A DNA stretch of 33,601 nucleotides from the IMG/VR virus record IMGVR_UViG_3300035138_000088; one strand, written 5' to 3'. Shown here one piece after another: positions 27,001 to 33,601 of this stretch. Numbering within the stretch: position 1 is the stretch's first letter; each line of letters starts with the position of its first letter. The position numbers were made by a program, and so were the translations under genes. The notes under the pieces are model-generated. The model did not search any database. It was not told where the DNA came from and worked only from the letters and a program-made list of their open reading frames with translations. This DNA is from an uncultured virus (IMG/VR IMGVR_UViG_3300035138_000088) (lineage: Duplodnaviria > Heunggongvirae > Uroviricota > Caudoviricetes).

Positions 27001-27539
27001 ACTGAGTTGTATGGGTTTCCAGTGTTTCTCCATCCGTAGCCTCTCTTACGCAATCTAACCCAATTTGGGTCTCCACTAGAAGTTCTACTTGCTCTACAAG
27101 CCGCTATTTTGCTTTTGTCTATTCCCCAGCCTTCTTTGTTATAGGGGAATTCTTCTCCTAAATCTGATTTTGGACATCTCAAAAGAAGCTTTATTAATTC
27201 TGTGACACTAACATTTCCGAAGAATCCTTTTGTTGCTTCGTGCATATCAACAAAGCTTTCAGACCATTTCTTCCAAAGAATAACTGTGGTATCTCTACCG
27301 CCTATATTAAGAAGATGATTGTTAGAATCCCAAGCTTCATCTTTATCTTCCACAAATCCCTTCCATTCTGTAGTTCCGTCGCGCTTGATTTCAACTAAAT
27401 CCCAGTAGTCTATTCCAGAATTAAATTCTACTGTAGCAGTAAATTTTGATGGCGTTTTATTATCCAGCTTCCGCTCAAAATCTATCTTTTTATATTTTCT
27501 TGAGCTTCCACCAACTTCTATGGTCCAAACGCCAACCAT
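24009..27539 (-). CDS. Large tail-tip/baseplate-hub protein with inserted beta-sandwich adhesion domains
   Basis: Follows the tape measure; hub-like N- and C-parts (WKGFVED, RVKVVG, YDVGDLVTV..RIYNI); discoidin/lectin-like inserts. Confidence 0.75.
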   Translation of the reverse strand: MVGVWTIEVGGSSRKYKKIDFERKLDNKTPSKFTATVEFNSGIDYWDLVEIKRDGTTEWKGFVEDKDEAWDSNNHLLNIGGRDTTVILWKKWSESFVDMHEATKGFFGNVSVTELIKLLLRCPKSDLGEEFPYNKEGWGIDKSKIAACRASRTSSGDPNWVRLRKRGYGWRNTGNPYNSVDADVDALISNNWSTAGSSPYIDAEDATSYIYSKTAGQTGIFSFENLSTLDANATSVEKCFLNILWRPDASWWFADRARVKAYVSPDNGSTWYFAGYFDGKGSVFGPIVWQTYSFDVSSVINTVAKADAARVKLEVSTGATLYAYIDHVYLTFSYTTDGEQTIDDEFDVVLAGAETLVGLYMESRMDEESYPINYGVLKIVDNQQNYTGYTETDPNTHISKAATQIDFDAYMNEDAYVYKDFGADYFTTYFDHIFEVTVQTDPITASACLGIWAVANDVDDYVGLAGGVRNNLGMAIKDDGGVAPYFELREINGGAATTDTSSEITEGTTYTIWIKRRAGNVKAYIYTGGLDGTLFDTLDVDMAGASNTFRYLYGCLTYNDGTGVTHTDVDLNNLLTETYTDLGYKNNNTFKDVIHSWTPESMSHLRIRITIDDADHAWAISQLYLYKADDVDYRVWKETGSPSFATNQYIQAFSEDDSYTTPIGPLNVPKARLLDAIASIIQQAHDSYTPYAFWLAMDSNNTFHIATERGTDVSGSVSFQKGQHIGEVSKNGSVSDTAQRVKVVGKSEGQRQDKVNSDWAEDTAEMSSINTFYEDVLTEKTIASKEVADLLANIALDESAPAREPKKIPITRDVYASMAYDVGDLVTVTDSITSLSGAHRIYNIQKRIDNNGEYVVLTIDAKRRIPEDAIKDIYRRLKELGLTGVLTSDWVGEADQANKVDSKLVTESFSKTAKNGEGSDEDITDPSWYVNPSPTGYTPYGNHFAGTSVQYYSFANGKYWKHKSEWMGLWGPNSGSGADSFVIERRGETYIDQLDVRMDQNPKFEAEIRAIRDTTGNINGGNACNWNVGDYVELGMYDSANSYGFFFRLIKEADGNILKVYAVWNTDGTNEYSELVREIEISDHENDDIRYKLEILTELQDDNSKYIIFNVYDLNVEGQKYPPSSIVANVDNTMVIHPFYGKLSADRNADNSKYCILYIYNYKVEWEKLNPYYSET

Positions 27540-27542
27540 TTA

Positions 27543-28598
27543 TTATCTACCCTCTCTGAACATGTCATAAGTTTTTCTTGCCATAGTTTGTTCTACGTCT
27601 TCTATGTCAGTCTTTGTATGAAGTGCTTCAATATTGAAATTCACTTCCTGTCGTGTCACGCTGGGTTCTCTACGGTTAAGTTTACTAAACACTTCAACTG
27701 GTTTTTCAGTCATCGGATTAGCTATAACTTCTCCCTGATGAATTGTAGCAAGCATTGTACGTGGAGCAAACCGTGTTCCCATAGCGAATTCGGAACCGCT
27801 TCCAGCACTTGTAGCTACAGCTATAGCTCCAGCTAGAGCCGCACCACCAGCTATTGCCGCCGCACCCAAAGTTATAACTGACGTAGCACCAGCAACGAGC
27901 CACATCTGAACTGCTAATGCCGCAAAAGCCGCCGCCAATCCGAACAATGCGGCTGGGAGAACACCAACTACATCTTTAAGTGCAAAGAACACTGCAAATC
28001 CAGCCGCCGCCGCTATTCCAACCGTCTTCAAAGCGGCTCCTAGAGTCAATGTTGATGCTGTTGCCGCGTTAGCTGTAGGAATCCACGCTAACAAAGACTG
28101 TTGATGAGCGACTGTAGATGCGGCGTTTGCACCATGCATAATATTCAATAGAGTCAAAGCTCCGCCTAATATCTTTGCCGCTCCAGCCGCTACTATAAGG
28201 GCTGTTCCACCCAATAATACGATAGCGGCGAACTCATTGAAGAATGGTATTGTCGTAGCTATGTCTAATGCTGAAGCTACAACGTCAAGTATTGGACCCA
28301 AAATTCTTGCTAAAGCATCACCTATTCGTGAGAATGAATTAGTTACTCTGTCACCGAAATTGGATAACACCATTTCTCCTAAAGCTGATGTAGACATGAT
28401 TTTGCCTAATGTTTGAAGTATGATACCACCAAAGGCTATGTAGATTGTTCCAACAGCCATAGTGTTCTTGGCAAATTGAAGTTCTGCTTTCTGTAAATCA
28501 GTCAAGTTTCTGTGTGCTGACTGAAAAGCTTGTGTAGTGTAATTTGTGGCTCTGATTGAAAGCCAAATTGTTCTGAAGAATCCAAATCCAGCCGACAT
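27543..28598 (-). CDS. Tape measure protein (short, 351 aa)
   Basis: N-terminal SIRATNYTTQAF, Ala/Gly-rich hydrophobic helices, C-terminal FAMG...ATIHQGEVI. Confidence 0.8.
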   Translation of the reverse strand: MSAGFGFFRTIWLSIRATNYTTQAFQSAHRNLTDLQKAELQFAKNTMAVGTIYIAFGGIILQTLGKIMSTSALGEMVLSNFGDRVTNSFSRIGDALARILGPILDVVASALDIATTIPFFNEFAAIVLLGGTALIVAAGAAKILGGALTLLNIMHGANAASTVAHQQSLLAWIPTANAATASTLTLGAALKTVGIAAAAGFAVFFALKDVVGVLPAALFGLAAAFAALAVQMWLVAGATSVITLGAAAIAGGAALAGAIAVATSAGSGSEFAMGTRFAPRTMLATIHQGEVIANPMTEKPVEVFSKLNRREPSVTRQEVNFNIEALHTKTDIEDVEQTMARKTYDMFREGR

Positions 28599-28600
28599 TT

Positions 28601-29086
28601 TTAATAATCCCTCTCAAATCTACTTAATGCCCTGTCAACACGACCCATAACTACTTGCCGATAGAATGGCTCACATAAGACTATCGCATCAGTTAAAAAC
28701 GGACGTGCCCTCATATATCGAGTTCCGTCGTGGACAGCTTGAGCGTAATCAACGAACTTTCCAGTCTTAGGATTGATATGTCCCATACCGCCTACATGTA
28801 TCATGGCTACCATTTCTGCTCCCTTCGATGACACTCCTATATCGTAAAGACCACCATAAGGCACTCTTTCCCACACCAACTCTATACTATCATACAGTGT
28901 ACCAGTATCAAATGCCCCATACTGCAAACATAGTTGTTTAGCTGTTTGCCAAACTTTAAACCAGTATTCTTTTGCCGCTTCTATGAATTGTTTGTCGAGT
29001 TCTTTGTATGTAGCATTTAATGCACGTCTAGCAGATTCTTTCGTACCAGAGTCGGTTTCTGTGATTACGAATCCACGTAACGCCAT
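28601..29086 (-). CDS. HK97 gp10-like tail/neck component
   Basis: FDTGTLYDSI...YAQAVHDGTRYMRARPFL; start after GGTGATAAAA. Confidence 0.8.
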   Translation of the reverse strand: MALRGFVITETDSGTKESARRALNATYKELDKQFIEAAKEYWFKVWQTAKQLCLQYGAFDTGTLYDSIELVWERVPYGGLYDIGVSSKGAEMVAMIHVGGMGHINPKTGKFVDYAQAVHDGTRYMRARPFLTDAIVLCEPFYRQVVMGRVDRALSRFERDY

Positions 29087-29091
29087 TTTTA

Positions 29092-29277
29092 TCACCCAAA
29101 CAGTGCCGTTGCCAATGCTCTCAATCGTTCAGCTTCTTCTTCTTGAAGGATGACCCAATACGCGCCTATGGCATGATAATCCCCTAGAGTCGGGTTATGC
29201 TTCTTATATAGCTCACTTGGCAGACAGCCAAGGAACCTACACATTTCTATGTGGGTTCGACCCATCGGGGTTCTCAA
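29092..29277 (-). CDS. -1 frame extension of the tail assembly chaperone (gpGT-like T part)
   Basis: In the -1 frame after G_GGT_TTT; MCRFLGCLPSEL resembles T-domain motifs. Confidence 0.7.
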   Translation of the reverse strand: MRTPMGRTHIEMCRFLGCLPSELYKKHNPTLGDYHAIGAYWVILQEEEAERLRALATALFG

Positions 29278-29744
29278 AAACCCTCGATTTTGCCTTCCAT
29301 GAACTTTGATATGTTAGCTATGTAGGTCCAGAACAACTTGAGCAACCAAGGATTCGCTTTCGCTTTCCATTGCTCGGCAGTATATTTCGGAACCACAACC
29401 ATTTCCGCGAGTTTCCTGTAAAAGAACTCCTCGTACTTTGTACTAACTGATTCTGGAACTTCTTTGTCGTTATCTGTATATTTCCGCATTTCCGCTGGAA
29501 TTAATCCCTTAAGCTCTTTTATGCTTGGACGACGAATCCACATGATTGCCTTACCATTTGCGGGGTTAATAATAGGTTCTGGCGTTTCAAGGTATTCCGT
29601 TAGAGCTTCTTCGACATCAGCGTACTCCATAGAAAGCTTTGCCTTCCCACGTTCAACAGCTTGCACTTCGTTCTCTATATCCTCTGGAGACATAGGCGGG
29701 TATTTATCTTCAATATCAATTTTTTCTCGTTTTGACATAGACAT
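29274..29744 (-). CDS. Tail assembly chaperone (gpG-like)
   Basis: Lies between the tail tube and tape measure genes; IRRPSIKE; ends in a slippery heptamer. Confidence 0.75.
   Translation of the reverse strand: MSMSKREKIDIEDKYPPMSPEDIENEVQAVERGKAKLSMEYADVEEALTEYLETPEPIINPANGKAIMWIRRPSIKELKGLIPAEMRKYTDNDKEVPESVSTKYEEFFYRKLAEMVVVPKYTAEQWKAKANPWLLKLFWTYIANISKFMEGKIEGF
29277..29283 (-). other. Programmed -1 ribosomal frameshift slippery site G GGT TTT
   Basis: X XXY YYZ heptamer in the correct phase, immediately before TGA. Confidence 0.8.
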
Positions 29745-29854
29745 CTACATAATATAAGTCTAATAATATTTATAAGCTTTGTCCAGAAAAAATGTGACAC
29801 AGTAAACAAAAAAATGAGAAAACTTATATGTGTAAACTTGCATTAATATATACC

Positions 29855-30202
29855 ATGATAACCGACATACAACTCAAATTTCTTCAGGACCTTTTAGACG
29901 GTAAAATCAAGAAGAAAGATTGTCCAAAGAAATACTCTGGATATATGAAAAGAATTCGTGAACAGATTGACCATGCCTTAGAAAACCTTCTTTGGCTTGC
30001 AGAAAACAGACCAGACATTCTACAAGACTTGGACAAGGAACTTTTAAATGAAGACCTTCCTATGAAAAGACGAGCTAGGGCATTAATAAAAGCAGTATCA
30101 TTATTCGAGAATGAACCTAACGTTTTTGCTATAATCGCGGAAGTCTACAGTAAGCATTCGATAGAGCTACAAAAGAAAAAGAATGTAGATAGTCCATGCT
30201 AG
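29855..30202 (+). CDS. Helical hypothetical protein (possible regulator) inserted antisense in the tail module
   Basis: Likely leaderless ATG 29855 downstream of TATA AACTTATAT (29821). Confidence 0.55.
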   Translation: MITDIQLKFLQDLLDGKIKKKDCPKKYSGYMKRIREQIDHALENLLWLAENRPDILQDLDKELLNEDLPMKRRARALIKAVSLFENEPNVFAIIAEVYSKHSIELQKKKNVDSPC

Positions 30203-30236
30203 TTTTTCGTTGAAAATAAGAAAATTAGTGCTTCGC

Positions 30237-30662
30237 TTAGTCAGCAAAATCGTCGTCTATCCAGTCAACAGCTTCGCCAATGAGTTCTTCGCCAACAGTG
30301 TCATTTGCCGCTCCAGTTACGGGTCTCCATCTGTATCCTATACAGTCCGATAACACGATTTTCTTTCCAGTGTCAAATGACGTAGAGCTTGGAGCATCGT
30401 TAATACCGAATTCCAATGTGAACAATGTTTCTCCATTGTACAAATCGTACAATAGTTTCTTTTTATTGTCCACGAACATCCAACGTCTAATGCTGAATGT
30501 AGCTTTTCGTGTTCCTATCCCGTGTTTTCCTGTTTCTGAACCATAGTGTGGTTCTATTCCGCCTTCTTTGACGAATTCAAAAGCTGTTCCCTCGACAAGA
30601 CCTACAACGTTGTCGCCAATTTTGACTAACATGCGTTTGCATTTATATGGTCTTACGGACAT
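30237..30662 (-). CDS. Tail tube (major tail) protein
   Basis: ~141 aa, beta-rich; IGDNVVG, GTRKATFSIRR, IVLSDC, VGEELIGEA; upstream of the chaperone. Confidence 0.7.
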   Translation of the reverse strand: MSVRPYKCKRMLVKIGDNVVGLVEGTAFEFVKEGGIEPHYGSETGKHGIGTRKATFSIRRWMFVDNKKKLLYDLYNGETLFTLEFGINDAPSSTSFDTGKKIVLSDCIGYRWRPVTGAANDTVGEELIGEAVDWIDDDFAD

Positions 30663-30786
30663 GAACAACCAACCTTCTTATGTTGATTTAAATATAAGGA
30701 GAAACGCGCTTATTAGCTTTATCTTTTGGAAAGGTTTATATATTAGACGGTAAAGCTTATAAATATATTTTAACATTATTACTAGT

Positions 30787-31206
30787 ATGGAAATCAACGA
30801 TTCAAACTTGAAATTCGACGCTCAACGCAACCGCTTAGTTATAACTATTGACGAAAACGAGATTTTGATTACCGCAGACGCAATAAGAGACCTTATGCCA
30901 GTAAAAGACGAGAAACAAAAAGTCGAAGACCTCAAAATGGTCCTACATGACATCGAAATGGAACAGCTAACAAAGATGAACTTCTACATAAAAACTATGA
31001 AAGAATTAGACGACGGGATAGTGAAAGCCACAGATAAGCTCAGAGAAGCTGAAGATATGATTCAAATCAAGAAATGGCAAGCAGTAATCAAATCTTATGT
31101 TGACAGGAAAAACGCTCTAGCTGAAATTCGTCGTGCGGTTGGTTTGCTCGAAAAGTATAAGAAAGAAATTAGAGTAAGAATAGCAAAACTCGAAGTAGCA
31201 GAATAA
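30787..31206 (+). CDS. Coiled-coil hypothetical protein
   Basis: Long heptad helices; tandem TATA boxes at 30730-30766. Confidence 0.65.
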   Translation: MEINDSNLKFDAQRNRLVITIDENEILITADAIRDLMPVKDEKQKVEDLKMVLHDIEMEQLTKMNFYIKTMKELDDGIVKATDKLREAEDMIQIKKWQAVIKSYVDRKNALAEIRRAVGLLEKYKKEIRVRIAKLEVAE

Positions 31207-31207
31207 G

Positions 31208-31238
31208 CTTTATATATAACCATTTTTGATATATAAAG
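31208..31238. repeat. Perfect 10-bp inverted repeat between convergent genes
   Basis: CTTTATATAT-N11-ATATATAAAG. Confidence 0.8.
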
Positions 31239-31240
31239 GA

Positions 31241-31948
31241 TTACTTCTTTTTACTTAATTCCCTAGACTTCTTCTTACATTCATCACGTCTTAGACAGAC
31301 CTTTTTATATGCACAATAAGTGTAATCTTTAGGTCTAATGTCTATCGTCAAGAATTCAGGGTCTTTGTTCTTTTTGTATTTCTTAGCTGAACCGACAACT
31401 TTGTTTCGGCGGTTAGCGAGAGTTATTAGCCAGTCTAGTCTATCCTGTTGTGTCATCTCCATACAGAAAGCCATTACTTGACATGATAATATGTTGAAAA
31501 TTATCAACCATCCCTTATCGGACCCTTGCATGGAAATATATGATGTCAGTTGTTCAACCCAGTTTATTGGAAGGTCTTGTGTCTTGAAAATCCTTTTTCT
31601 GCTACCTTTAACTTCGAGAGGAAACTTCAACAATTCAAATATGTCAATGTGTCCAGAAATGTCTTCCTCTTCAGTTACGAGATTCATGCTAGATAAATAT
31701 TGCCATGTTTCCTCTGGGTAAGTCCACGCTATAACTTGTTCCGTTATGATTCCGAAAACCATTAATCCGACGCTTGCTTTAGATTCTTCTCGGGTTAATC
31801 CGATGAGCCTACAGAACAGCTTCATTAAACAGCCAGCTAAATCGGATACGTGAACGTCGTCGCCTCTTTCATGTTTATCTTCCGCGAACTTTTCCTCTAT
31901 GCGACGTGTTATCTCTTCAGCTTTAGCTTTATCATAATAAAGTTTCAT
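31241..31948 (-). CDS. Cas4-like PD-(D/E)xK exonuclease
   Basis: HVSDLAGC, SGHID, LEVKG, QLTSY, C-terminal YCAYKKVC. Confidence 0.8.
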   Translation of the reverse strand: MKLYYDKAKAEEITRRIEEKFAEDKHERGDDVHVSDLAGCLMKLFCRLIGLTREESKASVGLMVFGIITEQVIAWTYPEETWQYLSSMNLVTEEEDISGHIDIFELLKFPLEVKGSRKRIFKTQDLPINWVEQLTSYISMQGSDKGWLIIFNILSCQVMAFCMEMTQQDRLDWLITLANRRNKVVGSAKKYKKNKDPEFLTIDIRPKDYTYCAYKKVCLRRDECKKKSRELSKKK

Positions 31949-32091
31949 CTACACTTCTCTCCGCCAATCATTTCTTTTTCAAAACCACAGTTTAAACAAA
32001 CTGCTAATTTGCGCCTTCGTGACGCTTGATAATGAGTCTCTGAAGGTAAATCCATAATCTTCATTTTTGTTCCACATTCTGGACAATTCAA
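31945..32091 (-). CDS. 48-aa Zn-ribbon microprotein (not in ORF track)
   Basis: TTGA/ATGA overlaps at both ends; MNCPECGTKM...VCLNCGFEKE. Confidence 0.7.
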   Translation of the reverse strand: MNCPECGTKMKIMDLPSETHYQASRRRKLAVCLNCGFEKEMIGGEKCR

Positions 32092-33601
32092 CCGAAATTC
32101 CTCTTGTAATTTCCACTTTTAAATTCAAATATGTTTCCAGAATCCATCAAGTATTTTATTGCCTTCAAAGCTTCACTAGCTCCAAAGTTATGCTTTTTGA
32201 ATTCCTCAATTATATCTTCCTTGGTTGCAGAATCAGTTTCTGCAAGCAAGTCTAGAATCAAACCCATCTTGTCTCTGTTGGTCTTTGGTATTCCAGTCAT
32301 GATAATATCAATATCCACTTGATTGGTTTCTGGATTTATACCAACCTCTTGCATAGACTTTTTCATTATTTCTATAGCCGCTTTAGCGTCGTCAACGTCA
32401 GCTTCAGCTTTCAACGCCATCTTAGCGTGTGCTTCAGTCATCCTGACCAAAGATTCTAATTGACGTACAGTTATTACTATCGCGTTATCCTGAGCACCAC
32501 TGGCTTCACGTAACTCCAAATAATATTTCTCCAAATATGCATTAGCTTCTGGAGTAATTACTGGATTAATGTTACGTGCATAAGCAATGTATTTTCTAAG
32601 TAGGTCCCTGTCTATGAATCCTTTGTGTTTCCCAGTTAAACCTAAAACGTGAGAAGCAAGTTTCTTGTCTTCGTCTGGGTCAAGTTTATCTTTTACAATG
32701 AATATTAAGTCGAATCTTGACAATAATACCACTGAAAGCTTATTCATGTTTTCAGTAATAGTTTTTGTCTTGTCATAACGTCCAAAATTAGGGTTACATG
32801 CCATAAGCATCGCCGCTCGTGCATTTAAAGTAGCAACGATACCAGCTTTACATATAGAGACTGTATGCTGTTCCATCGCTTCATGCATCATGGTAACGTC
32901 TTCAGGGCGCATCTTGTCCATTTCGTCTATACAACATATGCCTTTGTCGGCTAACACTACTGCACCAGCCTCTAAAGTCCACATGTTATCTACTTTTACT
33001 ACCGCCGCAGTTAAACCAGCCGCTGAAGCCCCACGTCCAGATGCAAACACGGCTCTCGGGCTAATTCCAACGACAGCATGAAGCAATTGTGATTTTGCAG
33101 TTGATGGGTCCCCAATTAACAGGATGTTCATTTCTCCACGAGTTACTATGTCCCCTTTGTCCCTCTTTATTCCACCAAAAAGTAAATACGCTATTCCCCT
33201 CTTTATCCACAATCGCCCGTAAATTGACGGGGCTATAGAGTCAACTATTAATTCATGTACGTTGGGGTCCATAGCTAACTTATGAATTTCCTGTTCTTCC
33301 TCTGGAGTTATCACTAATTCAGAAATGTCCTTATTCAAAGTTTCTATGTAATTAACGTCAATATGAATGTCGAAAACTCGATTTCTAGTAGATGCAGACT
33401 TGCTTCTTGTGCGTACTACCCCGACAACCTCAACTAAGTCTCCAGCCCGTGCAACGTCTATTAAATCGTCTTTCGTTATTTCAAGTTTTACGTTGCTAGG
33501 TAGCTGTCCCGCTGGCAAATCTTCTGGTCTTTCTTGGATGGCTAATTGTGAAATATTCACGAATTTAGACTGAGCTTCCCTGAACTTGAATTTAGTCTTC
33601 T
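32088..33601 (-). CDS. mcm: MCM replicative helicase (5'-truncated by window edge)
   Basis: Frame stays open to the edge (KTKFKFREAQSKFVNISQ..IQERPE); GDPSTAKS, IDEMDKM, SRFD, TVRQLESL; C-terminal winged helix. Confidence 0.96.
   Translation of the reverse strand, partial: KTKFKFREAQSKFVNISQLAIQERPEDLPAGQLPSNVKLEITKDDLIDVARAGDLVEVVGVVRTRSKSASTRNRVFDIHIDVNYIETLNKDISELVITPEEEQEIHKLAMDPNVHELIVDSIAPSIYGRLWIKRGIAYLLFGGIKRDKGDIVTRGEMNILLIGDPSTAKSQLLHAVVGISPRAVFASGRGASAAGLTAAVVKVDNMWTLEAGAVVLADKGICCIDEMDKMRPEDVTMMHEAMEQHTVSICKAGIVATLNARAAMLMACNPNFGRYDKTKTITENMNKLSVVLLSRFDLIFIVKDKLDPDEDKKLASHVLGLTGKHKGFIDRDLLRKYIAYARNINPVITPEANAYLEKYYLELREASGAQDNAIVITVRQLESLVRMTEAHAKMALKAEADVDDAKAAIEIMKKSMQEVGINPETNQVDIDIIMTGIPKTNRDKMGLILDLLAETDSATKEDIIEEFKKHNFGASEALKAIKYLMDSGNIFEFKSGNYKRNFG

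Noticed and set aside
24009..27539. Numerous N-x-S/T sequons as evidence of N-glycosylation
   Set aside because: Expected by chance in an Asn/Ser/Thr-rich protein, and cytoplasmically assembled virions would not meet the host oligosaccharyltransferase
31241..31948. CRISPR-Cas adaptation module
   Set aside because: Solo Cas4-like gene; no cas1, cas2 or array
32088..33601. Inteins in MCM, RadA or TerL
   Set aside because: Motif spacing is continuous and no C...HN intein termini or LAGLIDADG blocks are visible in the window
1..33601. tRNA, rRNA, integrase, att site or host-provirus junction
   Set aside because: None recognised; gene style and motif avoidance look uniform across the window

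Overview
This AT-rich 33.6 kb window is an internal fragment of a tailed dsDNA archaeal virus (Caudoviricetes). It looks siphovirus-like, since no sheath gene is present. Both ends cut through genes: a DegT-family sugar aminotransferase on the left (missed by the ORF track) and an MCM helicase on the right. Archaeal signatures are RadA, MCM, TATA promoters, GGTGA/GGAG ribosome-binding sites and many Zn-finger microproteins. One gene resembles a protein family I recall from Bathyarchaeia, a tentative host. Virion genes are the HK97-fold capsid, T4 gp21-like prohead protease, TerL, head-tail adaptor, tail terminator, tail tube, frameshifted tail chaperone, HK97-gp10-like protein, a short tape measure, a 1176-aa tail-tip protein and two Dit-like paralogs. 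They are split into several oppositely oriented units with shared promoter motifs. No portal, integrase, tRNA or CRISPR was seen. Highlights: (1) a circularly permuted calcineurin-like metallophosphoesterase; (2) a head-core operon whose proteins share [FY]-x-E-A putative protease sites with the capsid and protease, plus a [IL][IV]xWF motif; (3) a viral glycosylation toolkit (3 GT4, 2 GT-A, 1 aminotransferase); (4) a G_GGT_TTT -1 frameshift in the tail chaperone; (5) apparent avoidance of GATC, GGCC, CCNGG and GCWGC. All family calls come from motif reading by eye, not database searches.
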